Positions 49,272 through 60,200 of a DNA stretch of 64,000 nt are shown one piece after another. The stretch is from assembly GCA_024405635.1 (NCBI GenBank), contig JAKSOL010000005.1, positions 1 through 64,000 of the forward strand. The letters are read 5' to 3'. The notes below the pieces were generated by a model. That model did not search any database. It worked only from the letters and a program-made list of their open reading frames with translations, and was not told the DNA's origin. Both the position numbers and the translations under genes were made by a program. The DNA is from Salinivirgaceae bacterium (GTDB lineage: Bacteria > Bacteroidota > Bacteroidia > Bacteroidales > SZUA-534). Within the stretch, counting starts at the first letter, position 1, and every line of letters starts with the position of its first letter.

Positions 49272-50297
49272 TTATTTGTTGTTATACACGTGCTCGTAAA
49301 ACGATATAGTATTGCTTATCGTTTTATCCCATGAAAACCGTTTTACATTTTCCAAAGCATCATGTTGCAACTCTTTATAGAATGTTTTTTCTTGTAACTG
49401 TTTTATTCTAGTTATGGATTCTTCAACATTTGTTGGATCAATGTAGATACATTTTCCTCCGCTTATCTCTGGGATTGATGATTTTTCTTGACAAATCACG
49501 GGACACCCACATGCTTGCGATTCAATTACAGGGAAGCCAAACCCTTCATACGAACTAGGATAAAATAGAGCAAATGATTTATTGTATAGTTCAGCCAATT
49601 CTAAATTACTAATGAATGACAATTTACAATATCTATTTGGTATGTGTTCGTTTAACATTTTTATTTCATCTTTAGTCAAATCTCCTCCACCAACAATAAC
49701 CAAAAATAAATCTTTCAAGCCATTTATCAGTTGAACTGAAAGGTTAAACCCTTTATATGCCGCCCTAGATCCAACAAAAATCACATTGTTGTTTCTTTGG
49801 CTATCAGTAAAATTAAATGTTGATTTGTCGTAACCATGGTAAATAACCGTACTCTTCCCGTTATAATTAGGATACATTTTTCTAAAATCAGACAAAGTGT
49901 TCTGCGATATGCATATAACACCATCAGAATGTAAAATGGCATTCTTTTTTTGCCACTTGTGCAAATTTGAAAGTAAATCTTTTCTAAACAATTCATATGT
50001 AAAATCATGAATTGTTGTCACGTTTATTGCATTATTGTTTTTGCAGTAACGATAATAACTTGAATGGAACACAAATGGTTCAGGTTCTTCAACTCGAACA
50101 TTTTGATATCTTTCAATTAATACATTCCTGTCTTTGTGTATACTATTATTCCGGGAATGATAAAATATATTTTCGCTGCAGTTTCTATACAGAAATCTAT
50201 TATTTACAGAAATATAATTCTCTAAATAATTCCAATAGGCAGATATGCCACCACTTTTTTGAAGGGAATATATAATATCATCGTATATGATTTTCAT
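49272..50297 (-). CDS. Glycosyltransferase family 4
   Basis: GGISAY, TIHD, FVGSR..YKG, YEGFGFPVIE. Confidence 0.92.
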   Translation of the reverse strand: MKIIYDDIIYSLQKSGGISAYWNYLENYISVNNRFLYRNCSENIFYHSRNNSIHKDRNVLIERYQNVRVEEPEPFVFHSSYYRYCKNNNAINVTTIHDFTYELFRKDLLSNLHKWQKKNAILHSDGVICISQNTLSDFRKMYPNYNGKSTVIYHGYDKSTFNFTDSQRNNNVIFVGSRAAYKGFNLSVQLINGLKDLFLVIVGGGDLTKDEIKMLNEHIPNRYCKLSFISNLELAELYNKSFALFYPSSYEGFGFPVIESQACGCPVICQEKSSIPEISGGKCIYIDPTNVEESITRIKQLQEKTFYKELQHDALENVKRFSWDKTISNTISFYEHVYNNK

Positions 50298-50308
50298 AAA
50301 AAGAAATT

Positions 50309-51715
50309 TTATTTGTTGATATTTGAATCTCCGCGTTTCGCAGGAATTAGTATTTTACCAAATTTTCCAAAAACCAACATTCCAAATAGCAAGGCATAAG
50401 ATAACCTACTTATTGCGTAAAAGTAATCACTGCGAACTATATACACAGAGAACCCAATCATTCCCAAAAATAATATTTTATGATAAATGGAGCTTTTGTT
50501 AACGTTTGACGAAATATAGGATATGAAAAAACCAAATAAATACATAAAAAATATTGTTCCCCAAAAACCTAAAGCCAAATATGTAGAGGCTATAATATTT
50601 GTTCCAACGCCAAAAGTTGGATTTTCTCCCATTGCTAAATAAGAAAAAAAACGGGCTGAACTTGTTTCCCAGATGGGGATATTCAAAGCATCAACTACAG
50701 CCCCCTGCAAAAAAGGAACAATACTTAATAAAGAACCAAACAATGTAAATGGAATTGTTCCTGAAGACTGAACATAGTCGTATCCAGTGTACAATGTATA
50801 ATTTGTTATTATTAAATCCATTCCCATATCTAGCATGTTGAACGAGAACTTGAAAATACCATTTGATCTCGCCACCAATATTAGCCTCATGCAACATAGG
50901 CCACATAGAATTAGTAATAATATCTGTTTTAGATTAATGCCTTTATTCAACATTGCATAACCGGCAAAAACCATAAGTGCAATTTGAATAGCAAATGTTC
51001 TTGACCCAGATATCACTCCAGATGCAATTTCAAGAGCTAATGCAATCCATAATAGCAAATTGTGTTGCCACCATTTTTTTATAATTCCCTTCAATAATAA
51101 ATTGTGGAATTCAATAGCAATAGCCACTATTATTATGCTATTAGCGAGTATGCCAAAGTATGCAAATGTTCCACTTTGCATCCAAGGGTTTGTCCCATAA
51201 TATTGAATTTTACTTGTCGCAATTATGACTAAATGAATTAAGGAGTATATGAATGATATTACAGTTGGCAATATATTTGCTATGTATTGTGATTTATTGA
51301 CGTTAAGAGAAATGCTGTTATTGCCTTTACATAGGTGCCCCATTATGAAAAAGTTATACCCAATAAGTGCTAATAATGTTGATTTAGTGATAACATCTTC
51401 ATTAAACCCTAGAGAAAACATGAAGTATTGATGTTTATTTATTGGATAAATAAATATAGGGTATAGGAAATAGACAAAAGTGAATGTGACAGTGAAAAGA
51501 AACTCAAAGGAAAAATAATTGTTGTTTTTCCTATATGCAAAGAAATTAATGGCAGTAATGATAAAAAGTATAAATGCAGCAACAACTATTGGGTACGAAT
51601 AATAGTTTGGGGATAATGCATATAATAGTAGACTTGCAAAAAAACTAATAAGGATTAATATCAAGTTTGTTTTGCTTGATATATAATATTTTTTAGTTGC
51701 AGAAATCTTACTCAT
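50309..51715 (-). CDS. wzy: Wzy-type O-antigen/capsule polymerase
   Basis: ~11-12 TM, SGSR motif, GVGTNIIA..YLALG; position among GTs and flippase; start placed at ATG 51715 overlapping the upstream stop. Confidence 0.72.
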   Translation of the reverse strand: MSKISATKKYYISSKTNLILILISFFASLLLYALSPNYYSYPIVVAAFILFIITAINFFAYRKNNNYFSFEFLFTVTFTFVYFLYPIFIYPINKHQYFMFSLGFNEDVITKSTLLALIGYNFFIMGHLCKGNNSISLNVNKSQYIANILPTVISFIYSLIHLVIIATSKIQYYGTNPWMQSGTFAYFGILANSIIIVAIAIEFHNLLLKGIIKKWWQHNLLLWIALALEIASGVISGSRTFAIQIALMVFAGYAMLNKGINLKQILLLILCGLCCMRLILVARSNGIFKFSFNMLDMGMDLIITNYTLYTGYDYVQSSGTIPFTLFGSLLSIVPFLQGAVVDALNIPIWETSSARFFSYLAMGENPTFGVGTNIIASTYLALGFWGTIFFMYLFGFFISYISSNVNKSSIYHKILFLGMIGFSVYIVRSDYFYAISRLSYALLFGMLVFGKFGKILIPAKRGDSNINK

Positions 51716-52791
51716 AAAGACTCTATTAAAGAGTTCCACAATAAAAATATATTTTGTGGATGATACTTTTGTGCATTACTATATGCTTCCGTACCAAAAG
51801 ATTTCAATTTGTTAGGTGATTTGGCTAATTCTATCACTTTGTTAGCAAATCCGTCTATATCGTTAGGCGCTATAATAAACCCATCTTTTTCATTCTCAAT
51901 AACGTCTGCAGGTCCCTCCGGGCAATTAAAGCTTACGATTGGGAGTCCACAAGCCTTCGCTTCAAGCAGAACCATTGGCAGACCTTCTCTTTTTGATGTC
52001 AGTACCAACAGGCTTGAATTCAATAGTTCTTTTTTGATGTCGTTTGTTACAGGATTTATCGTAACAAAATCACTAACATCATATTCCTTCATAAGTGACA
52101 AGAGATTACCATGTTCTTCACCCTCTCCAAAGATGTCTATATGCCAATCAGGAATTGACGACTTTAGTTCTTTGGCGATTTTTACAAGCATATCGTATCC
52201 TTTTAGTTTGACTAGCCGACCAACAGCTATGATACGTTTGTTGCTCAGTAAAGATGGTGTATCGCAGGTGAATGACAGGGAATTAGGAATGATTGCTAAT
52301 TTGTCCTTCTTTATGATTCCATAGTAGTGTTTTGCATCGCTTGGTGTTAGTACAACGACTTTGTCTAGTAAAGGATATACCAATCTTCGAATAATTCTGC
52401 TGTATATAGGACATGCCGCGAAATTGGAATGTTCACAAGCTATTTTTTTTGCATTATGGCCATAGAATAGAGATAAACAATTGTGGGAGTGGGCGGTACT
52501 TATTGTGATGTCTATATTGTTTAATTTGACAAATCTCCTCATTGAGAATATTAGCTTAATGTAGCTAAACGTTCTCAAGAATAGATTTGCCTTCTCTATT
52601 CCAAGGTGTTTAATCTTTATTTCGGGATTTAGTTCATAGTAGCATTTGCCTTCATCGTGCGAGTTTATGCTAACTATTGAAACCTTATAGTTGCCGTATT
52701 CTGTTAATAGATTTGCCAGATTGGCGACAGCTCTTTCTGTGCCAGATGGCGATGTTATGTCAAATAATATTATGGCAATGTTCTTATTCAT
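51712..52791 (-). CDS. Glycosyltransferase family 4 (AmsD-like)
   Basis: SGTER, VGRL..LKGYD, EGLPMVLLEA. Confidence 0.92.
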   Translation of the reverse strand: MNKNIAIILFDITSPSGTERAVANLANLLTEYGNYKVSIVSINSHDEGKCYYELNPEIKIKHLGIEKANLFLRTFSYIKLIFSMRRFVKLNNIDITISTAHSHNCLSLFYGHNAKKIACEHSNFAACPIYSRIIRRLVYPLLDKVVVLTPSDAKHYYGIIKKDKLAIIPNSLSFTCDTPSLLSNKRIIAVGRLVKLKGYDMLVKIAKELKSSIPDWHIDIFGEGEEHGNLLSLMKEYDVSDFVTINPVTNDIKKELLNSSLLVLTSKREGLPMVLLEAKACGLPIVSFNCPEGPADVIENEKDGFIIAPNDIDGFANKVIELAKSPNKLKSFGTEAYSNAQKYHPQNIFLLWNSLIESL

Positions 52792-53698
52792 GTTTTAGAT
52801 ATATTGTCAAAAAATCATTAATATATGTTCTAAAATGCAAGTAGCATTTTAGATGCAAAAACAATTTGCAAAAGACTAAAAAATTTTTTGTTTCAAAAAA
52901 TCGAATTCTTGCATTCAGCCATTTCCGAATGTCGCTTATCGTCTTTACTTTTCTTGGATTGTCAACGCTGGGATTTTCGCTTAGGAATTTTTCAAACATG
53001 TCGCATATTGTCAGGTTGAAATAAGGAATCTTCTTGAATTTTGCGATATACTCATTGCTTGAATTGTTTTCGTGAATCCTATGTTTTATTAGAGGCGCAT
53101 CAATGGTGTAGAATGAATCAGTCAACAGCGAAAAAATGTAAATAAATGCGTCATGTGCTATGTCTTCAATGTAGTATGGCTTTATAGAATCAAAAAAAGT
53201 TTTTCTGAAACAGAATGTACAGCCCAAATACTGAATATATAATGTTTTATGGTCAAAGAAATGCCTTTTTAATTTGATACTTTTCAATGGATTGAAATTT
53301 GAAGTCAAATTACCTTTTTCTAATGTAAAATTAGAAGCCAATAGGTTAATGCTTGAATCATTAAAATAAGGCAACATGGTTTCAATCTTTTTGGTATCCC
53401 AAATGTCATCTTGGTCACAAGGGAAAATCAAATCGGCGTCACAATTGTCAATAAGGTCGTAGAAACTTTTTTTCCAACCTTTATTTTTCTCATTTTGCGT
53501 CAGTCGCCAATTGGATAATTCATATTGCTTGATGTAATCGCTAATTATTTCATATGTTTTGTCAGTTGAACAATCATCAGTAATAATGACTTCATCTGGT
53601 GAAACGGTTTGGCATCTGATAGAGTCGAGTTGTTGAATGATGTATTTTTCTCCATTATATGAAGATAACACGACCGCTGACCTATTTCTTTCTCTCAT
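52784..53698 (-). CDS. Glycosyltransferase family 2 (rhamnosyltransferase-like)
   Basis: SYNGEKYI, DDCSTD, CDQDDIW, AHD, HRIHENN. Confidence 0.9.
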   Translation of the reverse strand: MRERNRSAVVLSSYNGEKYIIQQLDSIRCQTVSPDEVIITDDCSTDKTYEIISDYIKQYELSNWRLTQNEKNKGWKKSFYDLIDNCDADLIFPCDQDDIWDTKKIETMLPYFNDSSINLLASNFTLEKGNLTSNFNPLKSIKLKRHFFDHKTLYIQYLGCTFCFRKTFFDSIKPYYIEDIAHDAFIYIFSLLTDSFYTIDAPLIKHRIHENNSSNEYIAKFKKIPYFNLTICDMFEKFLSENPSVDNPRKVKTISDIRKWLNARIRFFETKNFLVFCKLFLHLKCYLHFRTYINDFLTIYLKHE

Positions 53699-54309
53699 TT
53701 CTTGTGCTTGTTGAGGAGTTCTTTTAATGTGTTTTCGGTTAATTGGCTATAAATTAAGTCTATGTCTTCTTTTTTTAGATTGTCGAATAATTCACATATA
53801 TTAATAGATAATAATTTCTCGATTAAAGGTTCTGAAAATCTTTTTTTTATGACTTTAGCAGGGTTGCCTACGGCAATTGAATAAGGAGGAATGTCTTTTG
53901 TCACAACTGAACCTGCACCAATGACAGCACCTTGCCCGATTGTTATTCCAGAACAGATGATTACATTTATCCCCACCCAAACATCATCACCGAGTATGAT
54001 ATCACCTTTTGACAAGGCTTCGTTCCCCATATTGAATTTTAGGCATTTGAATGGGTATGTCGTTATGGTATTTAAATAGTGTCCTCCACCTAATAGGAAA
54101 TGAGTGCCAGCTAAGGAACAATAATTGCCAATGATGAGATTGTTTCTTGAAACACTATTGTCTTCGACATATAGGGTGCCATAAGAATTCTTGCCAACAT
54201 GTATTTTTGTTATGTCGCAAAAATAGTGTATTGACGTTTGGTTGTGCTTGTTTTGCTTCCGATATTTTCTCCTGAATAGGAGCAGTCGTATTATTTCTAT
54301 GATGCTCAT
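53695..54309 (-). CDS. CatB/Vat-like hexapeptide-repeat O-acetyltransferase
   Basis: [32 protein letters not shown]...GNPAK. Confidence 0.88.
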   Translation of the reverse strand: MSIIEIIRLLLFRRKYRKQNKHNQTSIHYFCDITKIHVGKNSYGTLYVEDNSVSRNNLIIGNYCSLAGTHFLLGGGHYLNTITTYPFKCLKFNMGNEALSKGDIILGDDVWVGINVIICSGITIGQGAVIGAGSVVTKDIPPYSIAVGNPAKVIKKRFSEPLIEKLLSINICELFDNLKKEDIDLIYSQLTENTLKELLNKHKK

Positions 54310-54371
54310 GTGTCTAATGTATGGTGCGCCTATTAATAAATTGCATGAGAGAAATATTTGTTATGCACAAT

Positions 54372-55847
54372 TTAGATTATGCGTAGCAATTTTTTCCCTA
54401 TTAGAATCGCATATTTGAGAATATGTTTTTTGAATATTAGCAGTAATTTAAAATCTCTTTGCAGAAGTGTGTGATAATATGTGTACAAGTTGCTATTATA
54501 TCTACTTATATATGTTTGTGCAAATTTATTTATGTCAATGTGATATTTAGTGACTGGTAATTTGTTGGTTGGATTATCTAAATAATAGAGTAGAAGTTCG
54601 TTGAAATAACTTTCAGACATTATTGCGTTTGCTATTTTTTTTGATTGATCGAATAAAAGGTCTGGATGTTCTATATAGTTGTCTACTTCGGCATTTAATT
54701 CGTCAATATTTTTAAATTGCAGATTAATATTGAAATGTTCATTCATTAATTCATATATATCATTGCATGGGTCGTGTTCATCATTTAATGTCATTGGTAG
54801 TTTCCCTGCCACGCAAGCATATTGAGTCATTAATCCACCAATTAATGGGTATGTGTTAATGTATAGATAGCAATGTTTGAACACTTCGAAAATGTCTTTC
54901 CTTTCATTCCTGAAAAAGAATCTATTTTGGTATTTGTTCTTAATGATAAAGTTATTTATGTCACAAGAGTCTCCATTGCCCAAAAAGAGAAAGATTGTAT
55001 CTTCGTGTTTGTCTAATATGTGTTTTGCAATTTCGAAAAATTTGTTGCTCCCAGATATTTTGTATGTCGATCCTCCTGAAAATATGATTTTTTTCCCCTG
55101 ATAAGGGAAATCAAATCCAGAGAAAGGAATGTTCTTGTTGATTATCGGATAATAAGGTAGTTTAAGTAGCCTTGATTCTTCGATCTCTCTATAATCTCGT
55201 GAAATATTAAAACCATAATCTCTGAATTCAAAAAAGAAGTCAAAAAAGGTTTTTCCGATCCAAAATGCATGATCGGTGATGTTTATCAAAAACTTTTTAC
55301 AAGGATCTTTGAATGGAATTTGGCACATAAGTCCACAAACATCCCATGGCGCAGTATGTGAAATTATTATTGACGGAGAAAATTGGTTAATGGTTTCATA
55401 TAGAAATTGCGTAGTGTCAATGTCGTTTAATTTAGGAACCATTACCTTCTTAATGTTGTTGCTGTTGAGTTTTGTGATTATTTCTTTTGAACAGTCATTA
55501 AAATTGCCGATGAATAGGATTTCATGGTTTGAATTGGCTAGGGCATTTAAATATTGCTCAGTCAATCCGCGGTTGTCTAATACAAAATAGTCGTAAAAAA
55601 CGACGCGGTTATTTTTGCCTATGCATGATGACGGTGCTCCTTTTTCGCATATTATTTCCCGTCCAATTGTATGTAGCGCTTCTTCTAAATAGTTGTCATA
55701 ATAAATCAAATTTGTTGAGTACATTAATTGTGCGGCTCTACGAATAAGGGTGCATGCATCGCTAAACTTTTTTTTGTTAATGTAAGTCGAAATGCAAATT
55801 TTCAACTTGTTATAGTCGTCTATAATTTGTTTTTCTGTTACTTCCAT
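54372..55847 (-). CDS. Hypothetical GT-B-fold glycosyltransferase
   Basis: Located in the polysaccharide locus; NITDHAFWIG and YINTYPLIGGL...AGKLP motifs. Confidence 0.55.
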   Translation of the reverse strand: MEVTEKQIIDDYNKLKICISTYINKKKFSDACTLIRRAAQLMYSTNLIYYDNYLEEALHTIGREIICEKGAPSSCIGKNNRVVFYDYFVLDNRGLTEQYLNALANSNHEILFIGNFNDCSKEIITKLNSNNIKKVMVPKLNDIDTTQFLYETINQFSPSIIISHTAPWDVCGLMCQIPFKDPCKKFLINITDHAFWIGKTFFDFFFEFRDYGFNISRDYREIEESRLLKLPYYPIINKNIPFSGFDFPYQGKKIIFSGGSTYKISGSNKFFEIAKHILDKHEDTIFLFLGNGDSCDINNFIIKNKYQNRFFFRNERKDIFEVFKHCYLYINTYPLIGGLMTQYACVAGKLPMTLNDEHDPCNDIYELMNEHFNINLQFKNIDELNAEVDNYIEHPDLLFDQSKKIANAIMSESYFNELLLYYLDNPTNKLPVTKYHIDINKFAQTYISRYNSNLYTYYHTLLQRDFKLLLIFKKHILKYAILIGKKLLRII

Positions 55848-57301
55848 TTTGGATTATCTGTGTTTCGAGTTTTTGACATTAGGACTTTCATGAAGTATAT
55901 AATCTCGCTGTCCTTTAAAAGAGATAGTACGCCACAATAAACAAGCATTCCTATTATTATTCCTATTATCAATTGTGCTAAATATGATTCAAATAAACAT
56001 GATATTACAAGGACAATTATGCCCATTATTGCTGAAGCTAGTATATATTTCCAAATACAAATAATTTGGTGTATTGGCCCAAATCCATATAATTTCCCTG
56101 GCATATATGAATTAATAATATAGTAAACAATTGCCGTGACAGCCTTTCCTATTGCAACTGCCTTTATGCTTATTGGAAAAGTTACCATCATGGTTATTGC
56201 TATAATAGGCACTTTTAAAAAGTCTATTTTCATAAATAAATCAGACCGCCCAATCGCGTTTAATAAGTTTAGGTTAAGTGAACTTAATGGAATAAACACG
56301 TAACTTAACGCTAACCAAAATAGCAGATTTGAAGCAGGAAGCCATTTGTCGCCTAATAGTACAAGTATAATTTGGTCAGACAACATTGCTAATCCTACCA
56401 TTGCAGGGAACACCACTAAAGCCGAAAGTTTTATCAATCGACTGAACGTTTGAATAAGTTCATCCCTTTTGTCTTGCAAGGTTGCCATCATTGGGAAAGT
56501 AGCATTATTTAGAACGGAATTTAATGTTCCAGCTGTCAGTTCCGGAAATTGTTGTGCTCTAGTATAATATCCCAAACTTGTTGAATTGTATGCCTTTCCT
56601 ATTACAAGATTGTATATGTTGGTTACTATTGTTGACAAAAGTCCGCAAGCAAGTAGTTTTGATCCAAATCCAAATAGTTTTTTGAAACTTTCTTTGTAAA
56701 ACCCAGTTTTGGGAATCCACTTTCCCTTGACCCAAAAACAGACTACTGACACAAACGACTTAATTAATGCCTGAAACACCAGCGCCCATACTCCAAATCC
56801 ATTATATGCCATAAAAACAGCAATGCCACCAGACAATATTGTAGCAATGGCATTTATTAGTGCTATACTTTTAAAATCAACCTCTATTTGAAATTTAGCA
56901 TTATGAACTACAATTAAAGAATTAAGTATAATCTGCAAAAAGAATACCCTTTGCAATGAGACTAATTCAGGAGTTTCATAAAAATTAGCAATGGCTGGTG
57001 CCGCAAAAAACAATACTAAATAAAGCAGAATGCTAATGAAAATATTAAAAATAAGAACTGTAGAAAAATCCTTCTCGGTTCTATTCTGCCGTTGTATCAA
57101 TGCTCGTGAAAATCCACTTTCGACAAACACATTAGACAGCGCCAAGAAAACTAAAATCATTCCAATGGCACCATAGTCATGGGGAGAAAGCAAGCGAGCA
57201 AGGATAATATTTAGGACAAAAGAGAGACCTTGGACTGCAACTTTTTCAAAAGCATTCCACAAAATACCAATCTTTGTTTTTTGCTTGATATCTCGGTACA
57301 T
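55838..57301 (-). CDS. wzx: Wzx flippase (WzxC-like)
   Basis: LARLLSPHDYG, GVWALV, LGYYTRA, many TM. Confidence 0.92.
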   Translation of the reverse strand: MYRDIKQKTKIGILWNAFEKVAVQGLSFVLNIILARLLSPHDYGAIGMILVFLALSNVFVESGFSRALIQRQNRTEKDFSTVLIFNIFISILLYLVLFFAAPAIANFYETPELVSLQRVFFLQIILNSLIVVHNAKFQIEVDFKSIALINAIATILSGGIAVFMAYNGFGVWALVFQALIKSFVSVVCFWVKGKWIPKTGFYKESFKKLFGFGSKLLACGLLSTIVTNIYNLVIGKAYNSTSLGYYTRAQQFPELTAGTLNSVLNNATFPMMATLQDKRDELIQTFSRLIKLSALVVFPAMVGLAMLSDQIILVLLGDKWLPASNLLFWLALSYVFIPLSSLNLNLLNAIGRSDLFMKIDFLKVPIIAITMMVTFPISIKAVAIGKAVTAIVYYIINSYMPGKLYGFGPIHQIICIWKYILASAIMGIIVLVISCLFESYLAQLIIGIIIGMLVYCGVLSLLKDSEIIYFMKVLMSKTRNTDNPKWK

Positions 57302-57336
57302 TAGTAAAAATACACAATTAATTTTTTATTCTAATG

Positions 57337-57765
57337 TTACCTTTTTAATTCATCTTTTATCTGACTTGTAGAAATCCCTTTCGTATACGGAAGATATTCG
57401 ATGGAAACCCCTAGTTCAGCAAAATCTTTTTCTGTTTTATTATAACGCTCAGTACCTTTCCAATCATCGCCAGAAAACAAAACATCAAAATGGAACATAT
57501 TTAATGCAAGCATTTTGTCATTAGTCGTATCTATATCAACCAGATAAGCGGCATCTACAACTTCAATCGCATTTAGTATTCTTTGACGCTCTTGCTCTGA
57601 AAAGACAGGCTCCTTATGCTTAATGTTACGAACATAATTATCATCACATATACCTACAATTAAAATGTCACACATGCTCTTGCATCGCTCCAAAAGGTTC
57701 AAATGTCCTATATGGAACAAATCAAAAACACCACATGTATAACCTATCTTGTATTTTTTATGCAT
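57337..57765 (-). CDS. Glycerol-3-phosphate (polyol-phosphate) cytidylyltransferase, TagD-like
   Basis: GVFDLFHIGH (HxGH), GDDW, PYTKGISTS. Confidence 0.88.
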   Translation of the reverse strand: MHKKYKIGYTCGVFDLFHIGHLNLLERCKSMCDILIVGICDDNYVRNIKHKEPVFSEQERQRILNAIEVVDAAYLVDIDTTNDKMLALNMFHFDVLFSGDDWKGTERYNKTEKDFAELGVSIEYLPYTKGISTSQIKDELKR

Positions 57766-57783
57766 GGTATAAACCTCCTATTT

Positions 57784-59094
57784 TTAATATTCAAATTTAG
57801 ATAAAAGATTATTTAGTATAAAATTTGACACGTTTGGATAATTAATCATAATATTATCTTGAATCTCGGAAGAAATATTTGATGGCTTTTGACTTTTTTC
57901 CAAACTTTTTAAAAAGGCAATTATATCATTACGATTATACGCGAGTGTATGGTAATCTAAGGCTTTGTTCCCCAATATATCCAATTGTTTTCTAACATGT
58001 TTTCCTTTAACAACATAACAACAAGGTTTCCCTGTGTAAAGCCACTCTACCATATAAGAACCGCAATCATGTACAATAGCATCGCACTCACAAAATAAAC
58101 GAAAGTAATCTCCGCCTACCGAATATTCAATGCCCGATTTTTCTATGTTTAATAGATAATTGTCAACTTGCTTTTGTGTCCATGTTTTAGTGTTTAAAAT
58201 ATTGGTAAACAATAAAGGATGAGGACGAAAAACAAAATCCATTTTAGGGAATAAAGAGGGTAGTTCAAGTATCAAATTATAATACTCTAAGAAGTTAGAT
58301 AAATCCAAAGTTTGGTTTATTCCTTGAATTGTGTGATGAGGACTGATTAAAACTTTTAATCTATCTCGTTTTTCATTTGCCTGCTCATTATATAACGAAT
58401 CCATCTTTGCATAACCAGCCAATACTGTATTTTTGCCATGAGCCAGTTGGTATTTTTTTACTTGTTCTAGAGTATAGGTTGTATCAACATAGTATTTGAA
58501 AAATAAACTCATTTCCATGTTGCTTTCGACGTTTGTATAGTGCCATTTGGATATGGTATAACCATAATTAATATATATGGGCAACACGTTTTTAGTTGAT
58601 AAATACTGTACCCCATGAACTTCATTAACCATACTATCATACGGATTGGCAAGATAAATTATATCAAAAGAATCTGAATAATCTAAAAACTCACCTGTTT
58701 CTTCGTGCCATCCATCTAATACGACGTCTTTCCCATATTTATTTATAAAGAAAGCTTTTGTTTTATTATATTGGTCAACTAAATGTTCTACACCACGGCA
58801 TGTATCGGGAATAACAACAATTTTGCACTCATATTTATCTTTTTGAGACAACATCAAATCCATTAAACCATACGCCCCGAATGTTGAATCAAAAACCACA
58901 TAAGATGCAAATCTTAAGGGACGATCTCCGCTGGTCCTTATTCTTTCGGCAACGTCATGATAATGTCTATAAGTGTCATTTATGAGTTGACGGTGTTTTA
59001 AGGCATTATATTTACGATACATGAAAAACCGGAACGAATAATATTTGTCCAAAACAAATTTTGGACATAGTTTTTTTATAAATGATTGTAACAT
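57784..59094 (-). CDS. CDP-glycerol:glycerophosphotransferase family protein (TagF-like)
   Basis: GYAKMD, ISPHH, FRPHP, HDCGSY..EWLYTGKP; next to the cytidylyltransferase. Confidence 0.78.
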   Translation of the reverse strand: MLQSFIKKLCPKFVLDKYYSFRFFMYRKYNALKHRQLINDTYRHYHDVAERIRTSGDRPLRFASYVVFDSTFGAYGLMDLMLSQKDKYECKIVVIPDTCRGVEHLVDQYNKTKAFFINKYGKDVVLDGWHEETGEFLDYSDSFDIIYLANPYDSMVNEVHGVQYLSTKNVLPIYINYGYTISKWHYTNVESNMEMSLFFKYYVDTTYTLEQVKKYQLAHGKNTVLAGYAKMDSLYNEQANEKRDRLKVLISPHHTIQGINQTLDLSNFLEYYNLILELPSLFPKMDFVFRPHPLLFTNILNTKTWTQKQVDNYLLNIEKSGIEYSVGGDYFRLFCECDAIVHDCGSYMVEWLYTGKPCCYVVKGKHVRKQLDILGNKALDYHTLAYNRNDIIAFLKSLEKSQKPSNISSEIQDNIMINYPNVSNFILNNLLSKFEY

Positions 59095-59096
59095 CT

Positions 59097-60197
59097 TTAA
59101 TACTGATTTATAACTCTTACAACCTCTTTTGCTTCCTCCATGGTTAAAACAGGGCTAATAGGCAAACTTAGCTCCTGATTGTGGATTTTTTCTGTTATGG
59201 GTAACGAAATACAATCCCATTCATTATAGCACTCTTGCTTATGAGGAGGAATAGGATAATGAATTAGAGTTTGAATTTCATTCTCTTTTAAATATTGTTG
59301 AAGACTATCCCGTTGCTCACAAAAAACAGGGAACAAATGATAGACATTATTTACGTCGTTCAAACGCTCTGGCAGAGTAATTTTAGGATTGCTAATATTT
59401 TCGTAATAATACTTTGCTATCTGCTGGCGGTTGTGATTGTCATTATCTAAATATTTGAGTTTTATGTCCAAAACCGCTGCCTGAATTTCATCTAGGCGGC
59501 TATTACGACCAGAATACTTGAAAACATATTTCTTTTGAGAACCATAATTTGCCAATGCACGAATACATTCAGCAAGTTCTTGGTTGTCTGTAGTTACAGC
59601 ACCAGCATCACCCAATGCACCTAAATTTTTACCAGGGTAGAAACTATGTCCAGATGCATCTCCTAAAGAACCTGTTCGTTTATCTCCAAATTTGCAACCA
59701 TGAGCCTGAGCGTTATCTTCAATTAATTTGAGATTATGTTTTTTACAAATTTCGCCTATTCTCTCTGTGTAAGCGCAACGGCCATAAAGGTGAACTATCA
59801 TTATCGCCTTGGTTCTAGGTGTGATTCGTTCTTCAATTTTCGAATCGTCAATCTCCAATGTTTCAAAACGAGGTTCGACCAAGATTGGCTTCAAATTATT
59901 TTCTGTAATAGCCAATATTGAGGCAATATAAGTATTCGCAGGAACAATAATTTCATCACCGTCATGAAAATATCCCAACTCCTTATATGCTCTAACAATC
60001 CAAATCAATGCATCCAGCCCATTTGCACAGCCTATTGCATGTTTTGTCCCGATATATTTTGCATAGTCGGCTTCAAATTTTTTATTTTCCTCGCCTTGAA
60101 GATACCACCCACTATCAATAACACGGCTGACAGCGCTGTGTATTTCTGAAGAATATTTGCCTGTAACGTCTTTTAAACTTAGAAACGGTATTTGCAT
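59097..60197 (-). CDS. DegT/DnrJ PLP aminotransferase (FdtB/QdtB-like)
   Basis: [45 protein letters not shown]; clustered with ketoisomerase. Confidence 0.92.
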   Translation of the reverse strand: MQIPFLSLKDVTGKYSSEIHSAVSRVIDSGWYLQGEENKKFEADYAKYIGTKHAIGCANGLDALIWIVRAYKELGYFHDGDEIIVPANTYIASILAITENNLKPILVEPRFETLEIDDSKIEERITPRTKAIMIVHLYGRCAYTERIGEICKKHNLKLIEDNAQAHGCKFGDKRTGSLGDASGHSFYPGKNLGALGDAGAVTTDNQELAECIRALANYGSQKKYVFKYSGRNSRLDEIQAAVLDIKLKYLDNDNHNRQQIAKYYYENISNPKITLPERLNDVNNVYHLFPVFCEQRDSLQQYLKENEIQTLIHYPIPPHKQECYNEWDCISLPITEKIHNQELSLPISPVLTMEEAKEVVRVINQY

Positions 60198-60200
60198 TTT

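Noticed and set aside
53695-54309. CatB/Vat similarity as an antibiotic acetyltransferase
   Set aside because: Embedded among glycosyltransferases; best read as a sugar O-acetyltransferase.
59046-59067. 9-bp inverted repeat tgtccaaaa/ttttggaca
   Set aside because: AT-rich, inside coding sequence, no T tail; compatible with chance.
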